Origin: Methanobacteriota archaeon
GTDB lineage: Archaea > Thermoplasmatota > Thermoplasmata > RBG-16-68-12 > JAJISG01
Reading direction: 5' to 3'
NCBI GenBank assembly: GCA_030594205.1
Contig: JAUVFR010000005.1
Location: 2,306-66,305 of the forward strand
Length of the DNA stretch: 64,000 nucleotides
Shown: positions 27,227 to 36,049 of the stretch, one piece after another
Layout: every line of letters starts with the position of its first letter
Position numbering within the stretch: the stretch's first letter is position 1
The notes under the pieces: model-generated
The model's input: the letters and a program-made list of their open reading frames with translations, nothing else
Told to the model about the DNA's origin: nothing
The model's database searches: none
Position numbers and translations under genes: made by a program

Positions 27227-28348
27227 ATGGGATGCAACATGCGTTCGATTGTAAATAGGGCCATCGCCCGTCTGGAGCAGGCTAGGCTCCTGGAGGACAC
27301 GAGCGACCCCCCGGTCGCCGAAGAGGATGAGGAACTCCGCCAACTCGTGGACTCTTTGAATGTCAGCATCAAGATCATGGGCTGTGGCGGCGGCGGGTGC
27401 AACACGATCAGCCGCCTCTCGGAATCCGGCATCGTGGGGGCTCAGCTCAGCGCCCTCAACACGGACGCCAACCACCTCCGTCACATCCGGGCGCCGAAGA
27501 AGGTCCTCCTCGGAAAGGAGATCACCCGAGGTCTGGGGGCCGGCGCCATTCCGGAGGTAGGCGAGCGGGCAGCCCGGGAGAGCATGCCGGAGATCCGGGC
27601 CCTCCTCCAAGGGGCCAACGTCGTCTTCGTCACGGCGGGCCTAGGGGGGGGCACCGGCACCGGTGCGGCCCACATCATCGCCCAGACCGCGAAGGACCTC
27701 GGCGCCCTCGTCATGGGGGTAGTCACGATGCCCTTCGCGGCGGAAGGCACCATGCGGCGGGAGAACGCCGAGCGGGGCCTGGAAAGTCTCCGACGCCACT
27801 GCGACACCACGGCTGTCGTGGAGAATGACCGTCTCCTGGAACTCGTCCCGGATCTCCCTCTGGAGGCGGCCTTCAAGGTCGCCGATGAGATCCTCACGCA
27901 GAGCATCAAGGGCATGACGGAGATCGTCACGAAGCCCGGGCTCGTCAATGTCGACTACAGCGACCTCCTCACCATCATCGAGGAGGGCGGTGTCGCCATG
28001 ATTGGCATCGGCGAGGCGCGAGGGGAGGTGAATCGCGTGGACCTCGCGGTGGAGGAAGCCCTTCAGTCTCCCCTGCTCGGGGAGGTGGACGCGAGCCAGG
28101 TAGGCGGGGTCCTCATCCGGGTCGTGGGAGGGCCGGATCTTACGGTGGAGGAGGCGGAACGGGCGGCTGAGCTCATCGGCGCCCAGACGAACCCCATGGC
28201 GCGCATCATCTGGGGGTGCTCTGTCGATCCGGAGCTAGAAAAGGAGGTCCGCGTCCTCGTCGTCCTCACGGGCGTCCAGGGGGAGAACCTCCTGGGAAAG
28301 GACACGAGCCACGTCCTGGAAGGAATCGGGATTGACGTGGTTACCTAA
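27227..28348 (+). CDS. ftsZ: Cell division GTPase FtsZ
   Basis: IKIMGCGGGGCNTISRL and the tubulin signature GGGTGTG. The second ATG at 27239 (MRSIV…) is the more likely start. Confidence 0.9.
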   Translation: MGCNMRSIVNRAIARLEQARLLEDTSDPPVAEEDEELRQLVDSLNVSIKIMGCGGGGCNTISRLSESGIVGAQLSALNTDANHLRHIRAPKKVLLGKEITRGLGAGAIPEVGERAARESMPEIRALLQGANVVFVTAGLGGGTGTGAAHIIAQTAKDLGALVMGVVTMPFAAEGTMRRENAERGLESLRRHCDTTAVVENDRLLELVPDLPLEAAFKVADEILTQSIKGMTEIVTKPGLVNVDYSDLLTIIEEGGVAMIGIGEARGEVNRVDLAVEEALQSPLLGEVDASQVGGVLIRVVGGPDLTVEEAERAAELIGAQTNPMARIIWGCSVDPELEKEVRVLVVLTGVQGENLLGKDTSHVLEGIGIDVVT

Positions 28349-28476
28349 CGTGAGAATCAGCGTTGCCTAAACGGGCATCCGTCATACTCCCTGGAAGGGG
28401 AAGTGGACCTGACCACCTAGGTCCCCGCCCCCGCAAAGCTCATTCCCGTTCGCTCCTTCCCCGGCGGGGGGACACC

Positions 28477-28797
28477 ATGGTTGTGAAGGATCGGGTCGGC
28501 CGAAACCGCTACATCGCCTTCCGAATTGAAGGGGGTAAGGATTTCCAGACCGGCGAGGTCATCCGGACTCTTCGCGAGGCTTCCCATCACCTCCCCAAGG
28601 AGGCCCGCCCCTGGCTGGTCCACCTTCGGAACGGGCTGGGGGTTGTACGGGTGTCCCACCTCCACAAGGACACCGCCATCCCCCTCCTTCAGTCGATAAA
28701 AACCGTTGGCGACCGAGATGTGAAGTTCCACACGTTGGGGACCAGTGGGACCATCCGGCAGGCGATTCGGAAGTACCTCGAACGACTCTCCCCTTGA
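28477..28797 (+). CDS. rnp2: RNase P protein component 2 (Pop5/Rpp14 family)
   Basis: 106 aa: RYIAFRIEGG……LVHLRNGLGVVRVSHLHKD……HTLGTSGTIRQAIRKYL matches the Pop5 pattern (RYI.F……LGVSGTI..…K.L). Conserved position immediately upstream of psmA. Confidence 0.7.
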   Translation: MVVKDRVGRNRYIAFRIEGGKDFQTGEVIRTLREASHHLPKEARPWLVHLRNGLGVVRVSHLHKDTAIPLLQSIKTVGDRDVKFHTLGTSGTIRQAIRKYLERLSP

Positions 28798-28856
28798 AGG
28801 GAGGCACGTCACGCGGACCCGCGGCGATGACTTTCCGGACCGAAAACTGAGTGGCG

Positions 28857-28872
28857 AAGGTTTATTATTTCC
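28857..28872 (+). promoter_or_regulatory. BRE/TATA promoter (AAGGTTTATTATTTCC) of the proteasome/exosome operon
   Basis: AT-rich box about 30 nt upstream of the psmA ATG in otherwise 65% GC DNA. Confidence 0.5.
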
Positions 28873-28901
28873 ATATCCTTAGTTCGTGAGAGGCTGATTT
28901 C

Positions 28902-29618
28902 ATGCAACCAGGCCAGATGGCGTACGATCGTGCCATTACCGTTTTCTCGCCCGATGGGCGACTCTTCCAAGTCGAGTACGCGCGGGTCGCCGTCACACGC
29001 GGCGCCACCACGGCCGGTGTCAAATTCAAGAACGGCGTGGTCTTGATGGCCGGGAAGGGCCTCAGTAGCCGCCTGATGGAGGTGGACGCCATCGAGAAGA
29101 TCTTTGAGATCGACCGGCACATCGGGTGCGCCACCTCGGGCCTCGTGGCCGACGCCCGGGTGCTGGTGGACTACGCTCGCATCGCGGCGCAGGTGAATAA
29201 GGTCACGTACAAAGAGCCCATCTCGGTGGACCTCTTGGTCAAGCGGGTGTCCGATTACAAGCAGAACTACACCCAGTACGGCGGAGTCCGCCCCTTCGGG
29301 ACCGCCCTCCTGATCGGAGGCGCGGACGACCAGGGCATTCACCTTTACGAGACGGACCCGAGCGGCGCCATGGTCTCCTACAAGGCGGGGAGCATCGGCT
29401 CCGGAAGCACCACGGTCCGCGAGATGTTCGAGGAGAAGTTCGCGGAGGACATGGACCAAGACGCCGCCGTCCTCCTGGGATTCGAGGCACTCCAGAAGGC
29501 CTCCGAGGAGGCGCTCCAAGCAGACACCCTCGAGGTCGGAATCGTCGAAGCGGGAGAGCGGTTCGTCCGCCTCACTGCCGAGGAGATCCAGGCGTACCTG
29601 GGCCAGCTGGAGACCTAA
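28902..29618 (+). CDS. psmA: Proteasome alpha subunit
   Basis: YDRAITVFSPDGRLFQVEYARVAV is the canonical alpha-subunit N-terminus. Confidence 0.95.
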   Translation: MQPGQMAYDRAITVFSPDGRLFQVEYARVAVTRGATTAGVKFKNGVVLMAGKGLSSRLMEVDAIEKIFEIDRHIGCATSGLVADARVLVDYARIAAQVNKVTYKEPISVDLLVKRVSDYKQNYTQYGGVRPFGTALLIGGADDQGIHLYETDPSGAMVSYKAGSIGSGSTTVREMFEEKFAEDMDQDAAVLLGFEALQKASEEALQADTLEVGIVEAGERFVRLTAEEIQAYLGQLET

Positions 29619-29628
29619 GGGGCGAAGC

Positions 29629-30354
29629 ATGCCCTGGGACCTCCGGACTTCTCGGAAGGACGAGATTACCAAGGACATGGTGATCGCCCGCCTCGACCGG
29701 GGCGGGGAGACCTTCGAAATTCTCGTGCGGCCCGACGCCGTCGAGACCCTTCGAGCGGGGGAAGAGATTAACCTTGTCGACGAGCTGGCCAGCGATGCGA
29801 TCTTCCGGGATGTGAAGAAAGGACTCCGGGCCTCGGAGGAGAGGATGGCTGAGATCTTCGGCACGGCCGATTCCCTCCAGGTAGCCACGGTCATCGTCCG
29901 CGAGGGCGACATCGCCCTCACGACAGAGCAGCGGCGGGCCCTGCTCGAGACCAAACGAAAGCAGATCGTCGCCTACATTGCGTCCAATGCCATCAATCCC
30001 CAGACGGGGACCCCCCACCCGCCTCAGCGCATCGAGAACGCCATGGAGGAGGCCGGGGTCCACGTGGACCCGTTCCGCCGCGTGGAGGAACAGGTGGATC
30101 CGACGCTGGACGCCCTCCGTCCCCTCCTTCCCCTCAGCGTGGAGAAAACGAAGTTCGCCATCAAGCTCCTTCCGGGCGACACGGGGAAGGCCTACGGGGA
30201 GGTCCGGTCCTACGGTACGATCCTCGAGGAGGAGTGGCAACCCGACGGCTCCTGGATCGGGGTCGTAGAGGTGGCCGCCGGGTTCCAGGGCGAATTCCTG
30301 GATCGCCTGAACGAGCGGACCCACGGAAACGTGGAGACGAAGATTCTTAAGTGA
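29629..30354 (+). CDS. sdo1: Ribosome maturation protein SBDS (Sdo1)
   Basis: MVIARLDRGGETFEILVRPD…FGTADSLQVATVIVREGDIALTTEQRR matches the SBDS FYSH domain. Conserved superoperon position. Confidence 0.85.
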   Translation: MPWDLRTSRKDEITKDMVIARLDRGGETFEILVRPDAVETLRAGEEINLVDELASDAIFRDVKKGLRASEERMAEIFGTADSLQVATVIVREGDIALTTEQRRALLETKRKQIVAYIASNAINPQTGTPHPPQRIENAMEEAGVHVDPFRRVEEQVDPTLDALRPLLPLSVEKTKFAIKLLPGDTGKAYGEVRSYGTILEEEWQPDGSWIGVVEVAAGFQGEFLDRLNERTHGNVETKILK

Positions 30355-30392
30355 CCTGAGCCCTACGAGCCTCGCAAGGCAAGTGAGGTGGA

Positions 30393-31070
30393 ATGAGTAG
30401 TCCCAAACGGGCAGTTGTCGTTCCGGGAGATGTTCTCGACGGCGAAGGCCTGAAGCCCGGTGTCGGCACGTTCAGCGAAGGTGGCCAGATTTACGCCTCC
30501 CTCCTAGGCATCAAGCGGGAGCGAGACGGCTACGTCGACGTCGTTCCTGTTGGCGGGCGTTACATCCCCCGCGAGGGGGACCTGGTCATCGGCAAGGTCA
30601 TCGACCTTGGGCCCTCCCATTGGTTGGTCGACCTCAACGGTCCGCACCCTTCCCCGCTCCGTGTGAACGAGGTTCCCTGGAAGGTGGACTTCGGCGACAC
30701 GGCCCGCTATCTGGACGTGGAAGACGCGGTCCTGGTGAAGATCATCAGCCTGGATGAGACGAAACGGGTAATCATCACCATGAAGGATCGGTCCACCCGG
30801 AAGCTCACGCAGGGACGTATCGTGGAGATCTCCCACGCCAGGGTCCCCCGGGTGATCGGCAATCAGGGGAGCATGATCAGCCTGATTGAGGACTTTACCG
30901 ACACGCGGATGTTCGTGGGCCAGAACGGTCGAATCTGGATTGACGGAGAGATCGATGACGTCGTCCACGCCGTGACGGCCATCGAGATGATCGAGTCCGA
31001 CGCGCACGTGCACGGGCTCACCGACGCTGTCCGGGACTTTCTCGAAACCACCTATGGCAAGGCCGAATAA
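30393..31070 (+). CDS. rrp4: Exosome complex RNA-binding protein Rrp4 (S1 + KH)
   Basis: VVPGDVL…GDLVIGKVIDLGPSHWLVDL (S1), KH domain GNQGSMISLIE. Confidence 0.9.
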   Translation: MSSPKRAVVVPGDVLDGEGLKPGVGTFSEGGQIYASLLGIKRERDGYVDVVPVGGRYIPREGDLVIGKVIDLGPSHWLVDLNGPHPSPLRVNEVPWKVDFGDTARYLDVEDAVLVKIISLDETKRVIITMKDRSTRKLTQGRIVEISHARVPRVIGNQGSMISLIEDFTDTRMFVGQNGRIWIDGEIDDVVHAVTAIEMIESDAHVHGLTDAVRDFLETTYGKAE

Positions 31071-31076
31071 ACCTAG

Positions 31077-31871
31077 GTGAGCACAATGGCGGAAACGCCC
31101 AAGTTAATCGATTCCAAAGGAAAGCGGCTGGACGGCCGCAAGGCGAACGAACTGCGCCCGCTGACCATCGAGGCGGGCACCCTGAAGCGCGCGGACGGAA
31201 GCGCCTATCTCGAGTGGGGGAACAACAAGGTCATGGCCGCGGTCTACGGGCCACGGGAGTGTCACCCCCGCCACATGGCACACCCCGCCCGGGCCTTGGT
31301 CCGGGTGACCTACAACATGGCCTCGTTCTCCGTGGGCGATCGTAAGCGCCCCGGCCCCGATCGGCGCTCCACGGAGATCTCCAAGGTGACCAGCGAGGCG
31401 TTTGCCTCCGTGGTCTTCCTGGAGCAGTTCCCGCGCTCGAGCATCGATGTGTTCGTAGAGATCCTGCAGGCAGACGCCGGAACCCGGGTCGCCGCACTCA
31501 CGGCGGTGGCCGTTGCCCTGGCGGATGCCGGGATTCCCATGAAGAGCTTGTTGGCAGGGGTCGCCTTCGGGAAGATCGGCGGCACAGTCGTATTGGATCT
31601 CGGAAAGGACGAGGACAACTACGGCGAAGCGGACGTCCCCCTTGCCATCATCCCCCGGACGGAGGAGATTGTCCTCCTGCAAATGGATGGCGACCTCACG
31701 GCCAAGGAATTCCAGAAGGGGATGAAGATGGCGATCGCTGCGGCCAAGGAGATCTACGAGGTGCAGAAGGACGCCCTCAAGCGTCGGTACGCCGTGTCCG
31801 TGGAAGCATTGGAGGCGGAGGAAGGTGCCGAAGAAGAGCTCAAAGAAGAGACCGTCGAGGAGGAGGCGTAG
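31077..31871 (+). CDS. rrp41: Exosome complex exonuclease Rrp41 (RNase PH-like)
   Basis: [45 protein letters not shown]. Confidence 0.9.
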   Translation: MSTMAETPKLIDSKGKRLDGRKANELRPLTIEAGTLKRADGSAYLEWGNNKVMAAVYGPRECHPRHMAHPARALVRVTYNMASFSVGDRKRPGPDRRSTEISKVTSEAFASVVFLEQFPRSSIDVFVEILQADAGTRVAALTAVAVALADAGIPMKSLLAGVAFGKIGGTVVLDLGKDEDNYGEADVPLAIIPRTEEIVLLQMDGDLTAKEFQKGMKMAIAAAKEIYEVQKDALKRRYAVSVEALEAEEGAEEELKEETVEEEA

Positions 31872-32651
31872 ATGGTCGAAGTCGTGCACGAGCTGACGCG
31901 AACCCACATCCAGCGGCTGGCCGAGATGGGCAAACGCATCGACGGGCGTGACCTCGAGGAGCATCGGCCTCTGACGGTGGAGAAGGGCTACATCGAGTCG
32001 GCCGAGGGGAGTGCCCGGGTGCACCTGGGCGCCACGGACCTTCTGGTGGGCGTTAAGATGGAGCTGGGCTCACCCTACGCTGACCGGCCCGAGTCCGGTG
32101 TCCTGATTGTTGTCGCGGAACTGCGTCCCGGCGCGAGCCCGACCTTCGAGCTTGGCCCCCCGAAGCCGCCGGCCATCGAGCTGGCACGGGTGGTGGATCG
32201 GGGCATCCGATCGACCGACACGGTGGACGTATCCAAGCTTGGGATCGAGCCCGGGGAGAAGGTCTGGCTCCTCTTCGTCGACATCCACATCCTGGACTAC
32301 GAGGGAAATCTCTTCGACGCCGGAAACTACGCGGCCTTGGCCGCCCTAATGAACACGACCATCCCGAACGCCACAAAACTGGGGGAGGGGAAAGACGCCC
32401 CCCTGGAGGTGAAGCATCAGCCCATCTCCGTCACTGCCGCCAAGATTGGGGAGACCATCTTCATCGATCCCTCCCTGGAAGAGGAGCGCATTGCCGATGC
32501 CCGCCTGACCGTCGTCACCGACGAGAAGGGCCACATCCGGGCCATGCAGAAAGGCTTAACTGGCAGCTTCACCGTGGATGAGGTTAACCAGGTCGTCGCC
32601 CTTTCCCAGAAGATTGGGAAGGAGATTCGGAAGACGATCGCGGAGGCCTAG
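31872..32651 (+). CDS. rrp42: Exosome complex subunit Rrp42 (RNase PH-like, inactive)
   Basis: RIDGRDLEEHRPLTVEKGYIESAEGSARVHLGATDLLVGVK. Confidence 0.9.
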   Translation: MVEVVHELTRTHIQRLAEMGKRIDGRDLEEHRPLTVEKGYIESAEGSARVHLGATDLLVGVKMELGSPYADRPESGVLIVVAELRPGASPTFELGPPKPPAIELARVVDRGIRSTDTVDVSKLGIEPGEKVWLLFVDIHILDYEGNLFDAGNYAALAALMNTTIPNATKLGEGKDAPLEVKHQPISVTAAKIGETIFIDPSLEEERIADARLTVVTDEKGHIRAMQKGLTGSFTVDEVNQVVALSQKIGKEIRKTIAEA

Positions 32652-32657
32652 TCGGGG

Positions 32658-32954
32658 ATGGCGCGGCGTACGAAGAAGGCGGGGCCCGCGGGCTCGCTCG
32701 GCCCACGTTACGGTGTCAAGATCCGCCGACGCATCCGTGAGGTCCTGCAGGAAAAGTCGCGGTGGCACGTATGTCCTCGATGCCGCCACCCGTCGGTGAA
32801 GCGGGTGAGCACGGGCATCTGGAGGTGTCGGCGTTGCGATTACACCTTCGCCGGGGGGGCCTACCGCCCCGTGGTCACGACCTCCATCTCTCGCCAGGTC
32901 TCCCGCCGGGCGGCCGAGGAGGATGTCGTGGTGCCCGAAGGGGTGGAGGAGTAA
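32658..32954 (+). CDS. rpl37ae: 50S ribosomal protein L37Ae
   Basis: RTKKAGPAGSLGPRYGVKIRRRIREV…CPRCRH…WRCRRCDYTFAGGAYRP zinc ribbon. Confidence 0.9.
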   Translation: MARRTKKAGPAGSLGPRYGVKIRRRIREVLQEKSRWHVCPRCRHPSVKRVSTGIWRCRRCDYTFAGGAYRPVVTTSISRQVSRRAAEEDVVVPEGVEE

Positions 32955-32955
32955 C

Positions 32956-33090
32956 ATGTACAAGTGCGCCGTGTGCAGAGAGCCCGTTCGCTCCAACATC
33001 AACACCGTGGGCATCCAGTGCGAACACTGCGGGTCCAAGATCTTTTACAAGGAGCGGCCCAACGTCAAGAAGGTCCTGAAGGTGCGATGA
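32956..33090 (+). CDS. rpoP: DNA-directed RNA polymerase subunit P (Rpo12/RpoP)
   Basis: MYKCAVCREPVRSNINTVGIQCEHCGSKIFYKERPNVKKVLKVR (44 aa, CxxC…CxxC). Canonical position after L37Ae. Missed by the ORF track (<60 aa). Confidence 0.75.
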   Translation: MYKCAVCREPVRSNINTVGIQCEHCGSKIFYKERPNVKKVLKVR

Positions 33091-33326
33091 GCGTGCGGCG
33101 GGCATGGGTGCGGGTGGAAACGGATGCGGCGGAGACCGTGGCCGCGGCCTTGGGGCCCGAAGCGACCCGACCGGTTCCCCGAAGTGCGGTCACCCTCACG
33201 ACCACCTCAAGCGCCCTGGTGATGGAGGTGGAGGCCCGAGACACAGGCGCTCTGCGGGCTGCCCTGAACTCCTACCTCCGCTGGGCATCGGGGGCCCTCC
33301 GGATGATTGAGGAGGCCGGCGCGTGA
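33087..33326 (+). CDS. pcc1: KEOPS complex subunit Pcc1-like
   Basis: 79 aa beginning MSVRRAWVRVETDAAETVAAALGPE…ALRAALNSYLRWASGALRMIEE. Its ATG overlaps the rpoP stop. Fits the Pcc1 pattern and its conserved neighbourhood. Confidence 0.55.
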   Translation: MSVRRAWVRVETDAAETVAAALGPEATRPVPRSAVTLTTTSSALVMEVEARDTGALRAALNSYLRWASGALRMIEEAGA

Positions 33327-33697
33327 AAGAACTCCCTCCCCAACTGCAGAATCAGATTAACCAGTTCCGCCAGCTCCAGCAGCAGCTCCAGGTGACCACA
33401 GCCCAGCGAGTCCAGATGGAGACCCGTCTCCGGGAGGTGGAGGTCACGCTGGAGGAGCTAGAGAAGGCGGAGGACGATGCGCCCATCTACAAGAGCATCG
33501 GGTCCCTCCTGGTCCGGGCCAAGGGTCGGGCGGAGGTCCTGAAGGAACTCCAGGACCAGAAGGAGACCCTCGCCATCCGCGTCAAGACGCTCCAGAAGCA
33601 GGAGAAGACCCTCGCGGACCGTTACGAGCGGATGCAGCAACAGATCACCCAGGCCCTCGGAGGAACGGGTCTGGAGACCGGCGTGGGCGCCGGCTAG
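33323..33697 (+). CDS. pfdB: Prefoldin beta subunit
   Basis: LPPQLQNQINQFRQLQQQLQ…coiled coil-hairpin-coiled coil. GTG start. Confidence 0.85.
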   Translation: MKELPPQLQNQINQFRQLQQQLQVTTAQRVQMETRLREVEVTLEELEKAEDDAPIYKSIGSLLVRAKGRAEVLKELQDQKETLAIRVKTLQKQEKTLADRYERMQQQITQALGGTGLETGVGAG

Positions 33698-33731
33698 AGA
33701 ACTAAATCGTTAAATCGCCGGCCCCCCTAGG

Positions 33732-34388
33732 GTGCCCATGGCCCAATCGGCACCTGCCGCACCCAGGCCGGGGTCCAACCAACTCTTGATGATGTTCATG
33801 TTCATCGCGATGATGTTCATCCTCTTCATCCCGGAGGCCCGCATGGGCCTCGGCTTTGTCATGGGGGTGGTCCTGCAACCCCTCATCGGCTTCGACGGCA
33901 GGTTCCTGGTCGTGACCATCTTCCTGGCCGGCGCCATCCCTCTCACCATCTCCACCCTTCTCCGCCACCGGATGACGAACTGGGTCACCCAGGGTCGCAT
34001 GGCGGCCACAAACAAGGCCCTCGGCAAGGAGATGCGAGAGGCCGTGGCCAAGCGGAATCAGGTCAAGATGAAAAAGCTCCAGGAGGTCCGGGCCGAGGTC
34101 ATGCGCGAATTTATGCCGGTGCAGATGGCCCAGTTCCGCACTCTCCCCATCACGATGATTCTGTTCATCGCCATCTTTGCCTGGCTCAGCTTCTTCATCG
34201 CATCCACGCCCTTCGCCGCGGTAAGCGTCCCCTGGGAGGCCAATGTCTCCCTTGGCGGGGGTGTCGGGTTCTTTGCGAGTTGGGTCCTCCTCTACATCGT
34301 TATCACGATGCCCATCAGCCTCGTGCTCTCCCGGGTCCTAAAGTTCATCTCGTTCCGTCGGAAGCTGGTGGCGCTGGGGGAGGGGTAG
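33732..34388 (+). CDS. DUF106-family membrane protein (archaeal Oxa1/YidC/EMC3-like insertase candidate)
   Basis: Three TM helices with an intervening coiled coil (…KEMREAVAKRNQVKMKKLQEVRAEV…). Conserved superoperon neighbour. Confidence 0.7.
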   Translation: MPMAQSAPAAPRPGSNQLLMMFMFIAMMFILFIPEARMGLGFVMGVVLQPLIGFDGRFLVVTIFLAGAIPLTISTLLRHRMTNWVTQGRMAATNKALGKEMREAVAKRNQVKMKKLQEVRAEVMREFMPVQMAQFRTLPITMILFIAIFAWLSFFIASTPFAAVSVPWEANVSLGGGVGFFASWVLLYIVITMPISLVLSRVLKFISFRRKLVALGEG

Positions 34389-34399
34389 AGGAACTCTCC

Positions 34400-34945
34400 A
34401 TGGCCCCCGTTCTGGTCATCGGGGGACTCCCCGGTTCCGGGAAGACCACTGTGGCCCAGGAGCTGGCCCGCCGACGGGACGGGGAGGTGGTCTCGGCCGG
34501 CGATCTCTTCCGCCAATGGGCGGAGGAGAAGGGCATGAGCCTCGGAGCCTTCGGACGGCTGGCGGAGGAGGACCACGCCATCGATCGGCGCCTGGATGAG
34601 GCAGTCGTGAAGCGGGTGGCCGACCTCGTCGCTCGAGATGTTCCCCTTGTTGTGGAGGGTCGCCTCCCCGCCCACCTCCTGCGAGAGGAGGGCCAGCCGG
34701 TGTTCGCCGTTTGGCTGGAAGCACCGCGTACCGTTCGCGCTGCCCGGATCGCGCGGCGTGACCAGGTTACCGGGAGCGTCGCCCTCCGCGAGATGAAGGC
34801 GCGGGAGGCCTCCGAGACCCGCCGCTACGCGACGATATACGGCATTGACCTCGGGAACCTGCGCGTCTTCGACCTCGTCCTGGACTCCTCGGAGCAGACG
34901 CCGGAAGAGCTGGTGGACGCCATCCTTGAAGAGGCCGGCGCGTGA
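34400..34945 (+). CDS. cmk: Cytidylate kinase (archaeal type)
   Basis: P-loop VIGGLPGSGKTTVAQELA; short NMP kinase. Confidence 0.8.
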   Translation: MAPVLVIGGLPGSGKTTVAQELARRRDGEVVSAGDLFRQWAEEKGMSLGAFGRLAEEDHAIDRRLDEAVVKRVADLVARDVPLVVEGRLPAHLLREEGQPVFAVWLEAPRTVRAARIARRDQVTGSVALREMKAREASETRRYATIYGIDLGNLRVFDLVLDSSEQTPEELVDAILEEAGA

Positions 34946-35895
34946 CGTCCACGGAGCCCACGGAAAGGACGGCTCCACCCTATGGGAAACCACCCCGAGC
35001 GCGGACGGTGGAGGAACTCCTGGACGCGGGGATGGTGGTTCTCGACAAACCTCAGGGCCCCACCTCGCACCAGGTCTCCGCCTGGGTCCGGGATCTCCTG
35101 GGGATCGCGAAGGCGGCACATGGCGGCACCCTCGATCCCCGGGTGACGGGCGTTCTGCCCATCGCCCTCGGGCGTGCCGTCCGGGTCCTCGACGCCCTCC
35201 ATGTGGGGGACAAGGAGTACGTGGGCGTTCTCCGCCTCCATCAGGATGTCCCCAGGGATCGTGTCTCCGAGGCCTTTGGCGAGTTCGTCGGGGAGGTATA
35301 TCAGACCCCTCCCGTCCGCGCGGCCGTGAAGCGGGTGCTGCGGGTACGTCGCATCCACGAGCTGGAGATCCTCGACCACCGGGCCCGGGACACCCTGTTT
35401 CGCGTGCGTTGTGAGGCGGGCACGTACATCCGGACCCTTTGCGTCGACCTCGGAGAGGCCCTCGGGGTCGGCGGACACCTCCAGGATCTGCGGCGGACCC
35501 GCGCAGCCGATCTTGGTGAGGAAGCGGCTGTTTCCCTGAGTGCCTTCCGAGACGCCTTCACCCACTGGAAGGAGGAGGGGGACCCGACGGAGCTCCGTGC
35601 CATCCTCCGCCCGATGGAGGAACTGCTGGGTCACCTTCGACGCGTGGTCGTAAAGGACACCGCCGTGGAAGCCCTCTGTCATGGGGCCCCGCTCATGATC
35701 CCGGGGATTCTGGAGGTCGACCCCGCGATTGCCTCGGGGGAACTCGTGGCGCTCTTCACGCGAAAGGGGGAAGCGGTAGCCCTGGGGCGGGCCCGCCAGC
35801 GAGGAGCGGAATGGTCGTCTGCCAAGACAGGAATCGCCTTGGACCTGGAGCGGGTCCTCATGGACCCGGGATCCTACCCACGACTCTGGCGTTGA
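34942..35895 (+). CDS. cbf5: tRNA/rRNA pseudouridine synthase Cbf5 (TruB family with PUA domain)
   Basis: VVLDKPQGPTSHQV, GHGGTLDPRVTGVLPIALGRA (catalytic Asp), C-terminal PUA. Confidence 0.85.
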   Translation: MTSTEPTERTAPPYGKPPRARTVEELLDAGMVVLDKPQGPTSHQVSAWVRDLLGIAKAAHGGTLDPRVTGVLPIALGRAVRVLDALHVGDKEYVGVLRLHQDVPRDRVSEAFGEFVGEVYQTPPVRAAVKRVLRVRRIHELEILDHRARDTLFRVRCEAGTYIRTLCVDLGEALGVGGHLQDLRRTRAADLGEEAAVSLSAFRDAFTHWKEEGDPTELRAILRPMEELLGHLRRVVVKDTAVEALCHGAPLMIPGILEVDPAIASGELVALFTRKGEAVALGRARQRGAEWSSAKTGIALDLERVLMDPGSYPRLWR

Positions 35896-35950
35896 GGCCC
35901 CGGCGCACCTTTTATTCGCCCCTGCCCTATGCGAACGTCCCTAGTCCGAC

Positions 35951-36049
35951 GCCGAGGTCGCCTAGTCCGGTAGGGCGCGAGCCTGGAGAGGACCCCTCGA
36001 TAGCTCGTGGCGGGCAACCGCCTCGGGAGTTCAAATCTCCCCCTCGGCG
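35951..36049 (+). tRNA. tRNA-Ser (anticodon GGA) with ~13-nt intron at the canonical 37/38 position and a long variable arm
   Basis: Acceptor GCCGAGG/CCTCGGC, discriminator G. Anticodon arm CGAGC-CTGGAG[intron AGGACCCCTCGAT]A-GCTCG. Variable arm GGCGGGCAACCGCC. T arm GGGAG-TTCAAAT-CTCCC. A TATA-like ACCTTTTATTCG lies about 30 nt upstream. Confidence 0.7.

Noticed and set aside
28809-29954. 381-aa minus-strand ORF
   Set aside because: Antisense to psmA and SBDS, which have unambiguous homology. The translation is Ser/Arg-rich noise.
31104-32024. 306-aa minus-strand ORF
   Set aside because: Antisense to rrp41/rrp42.
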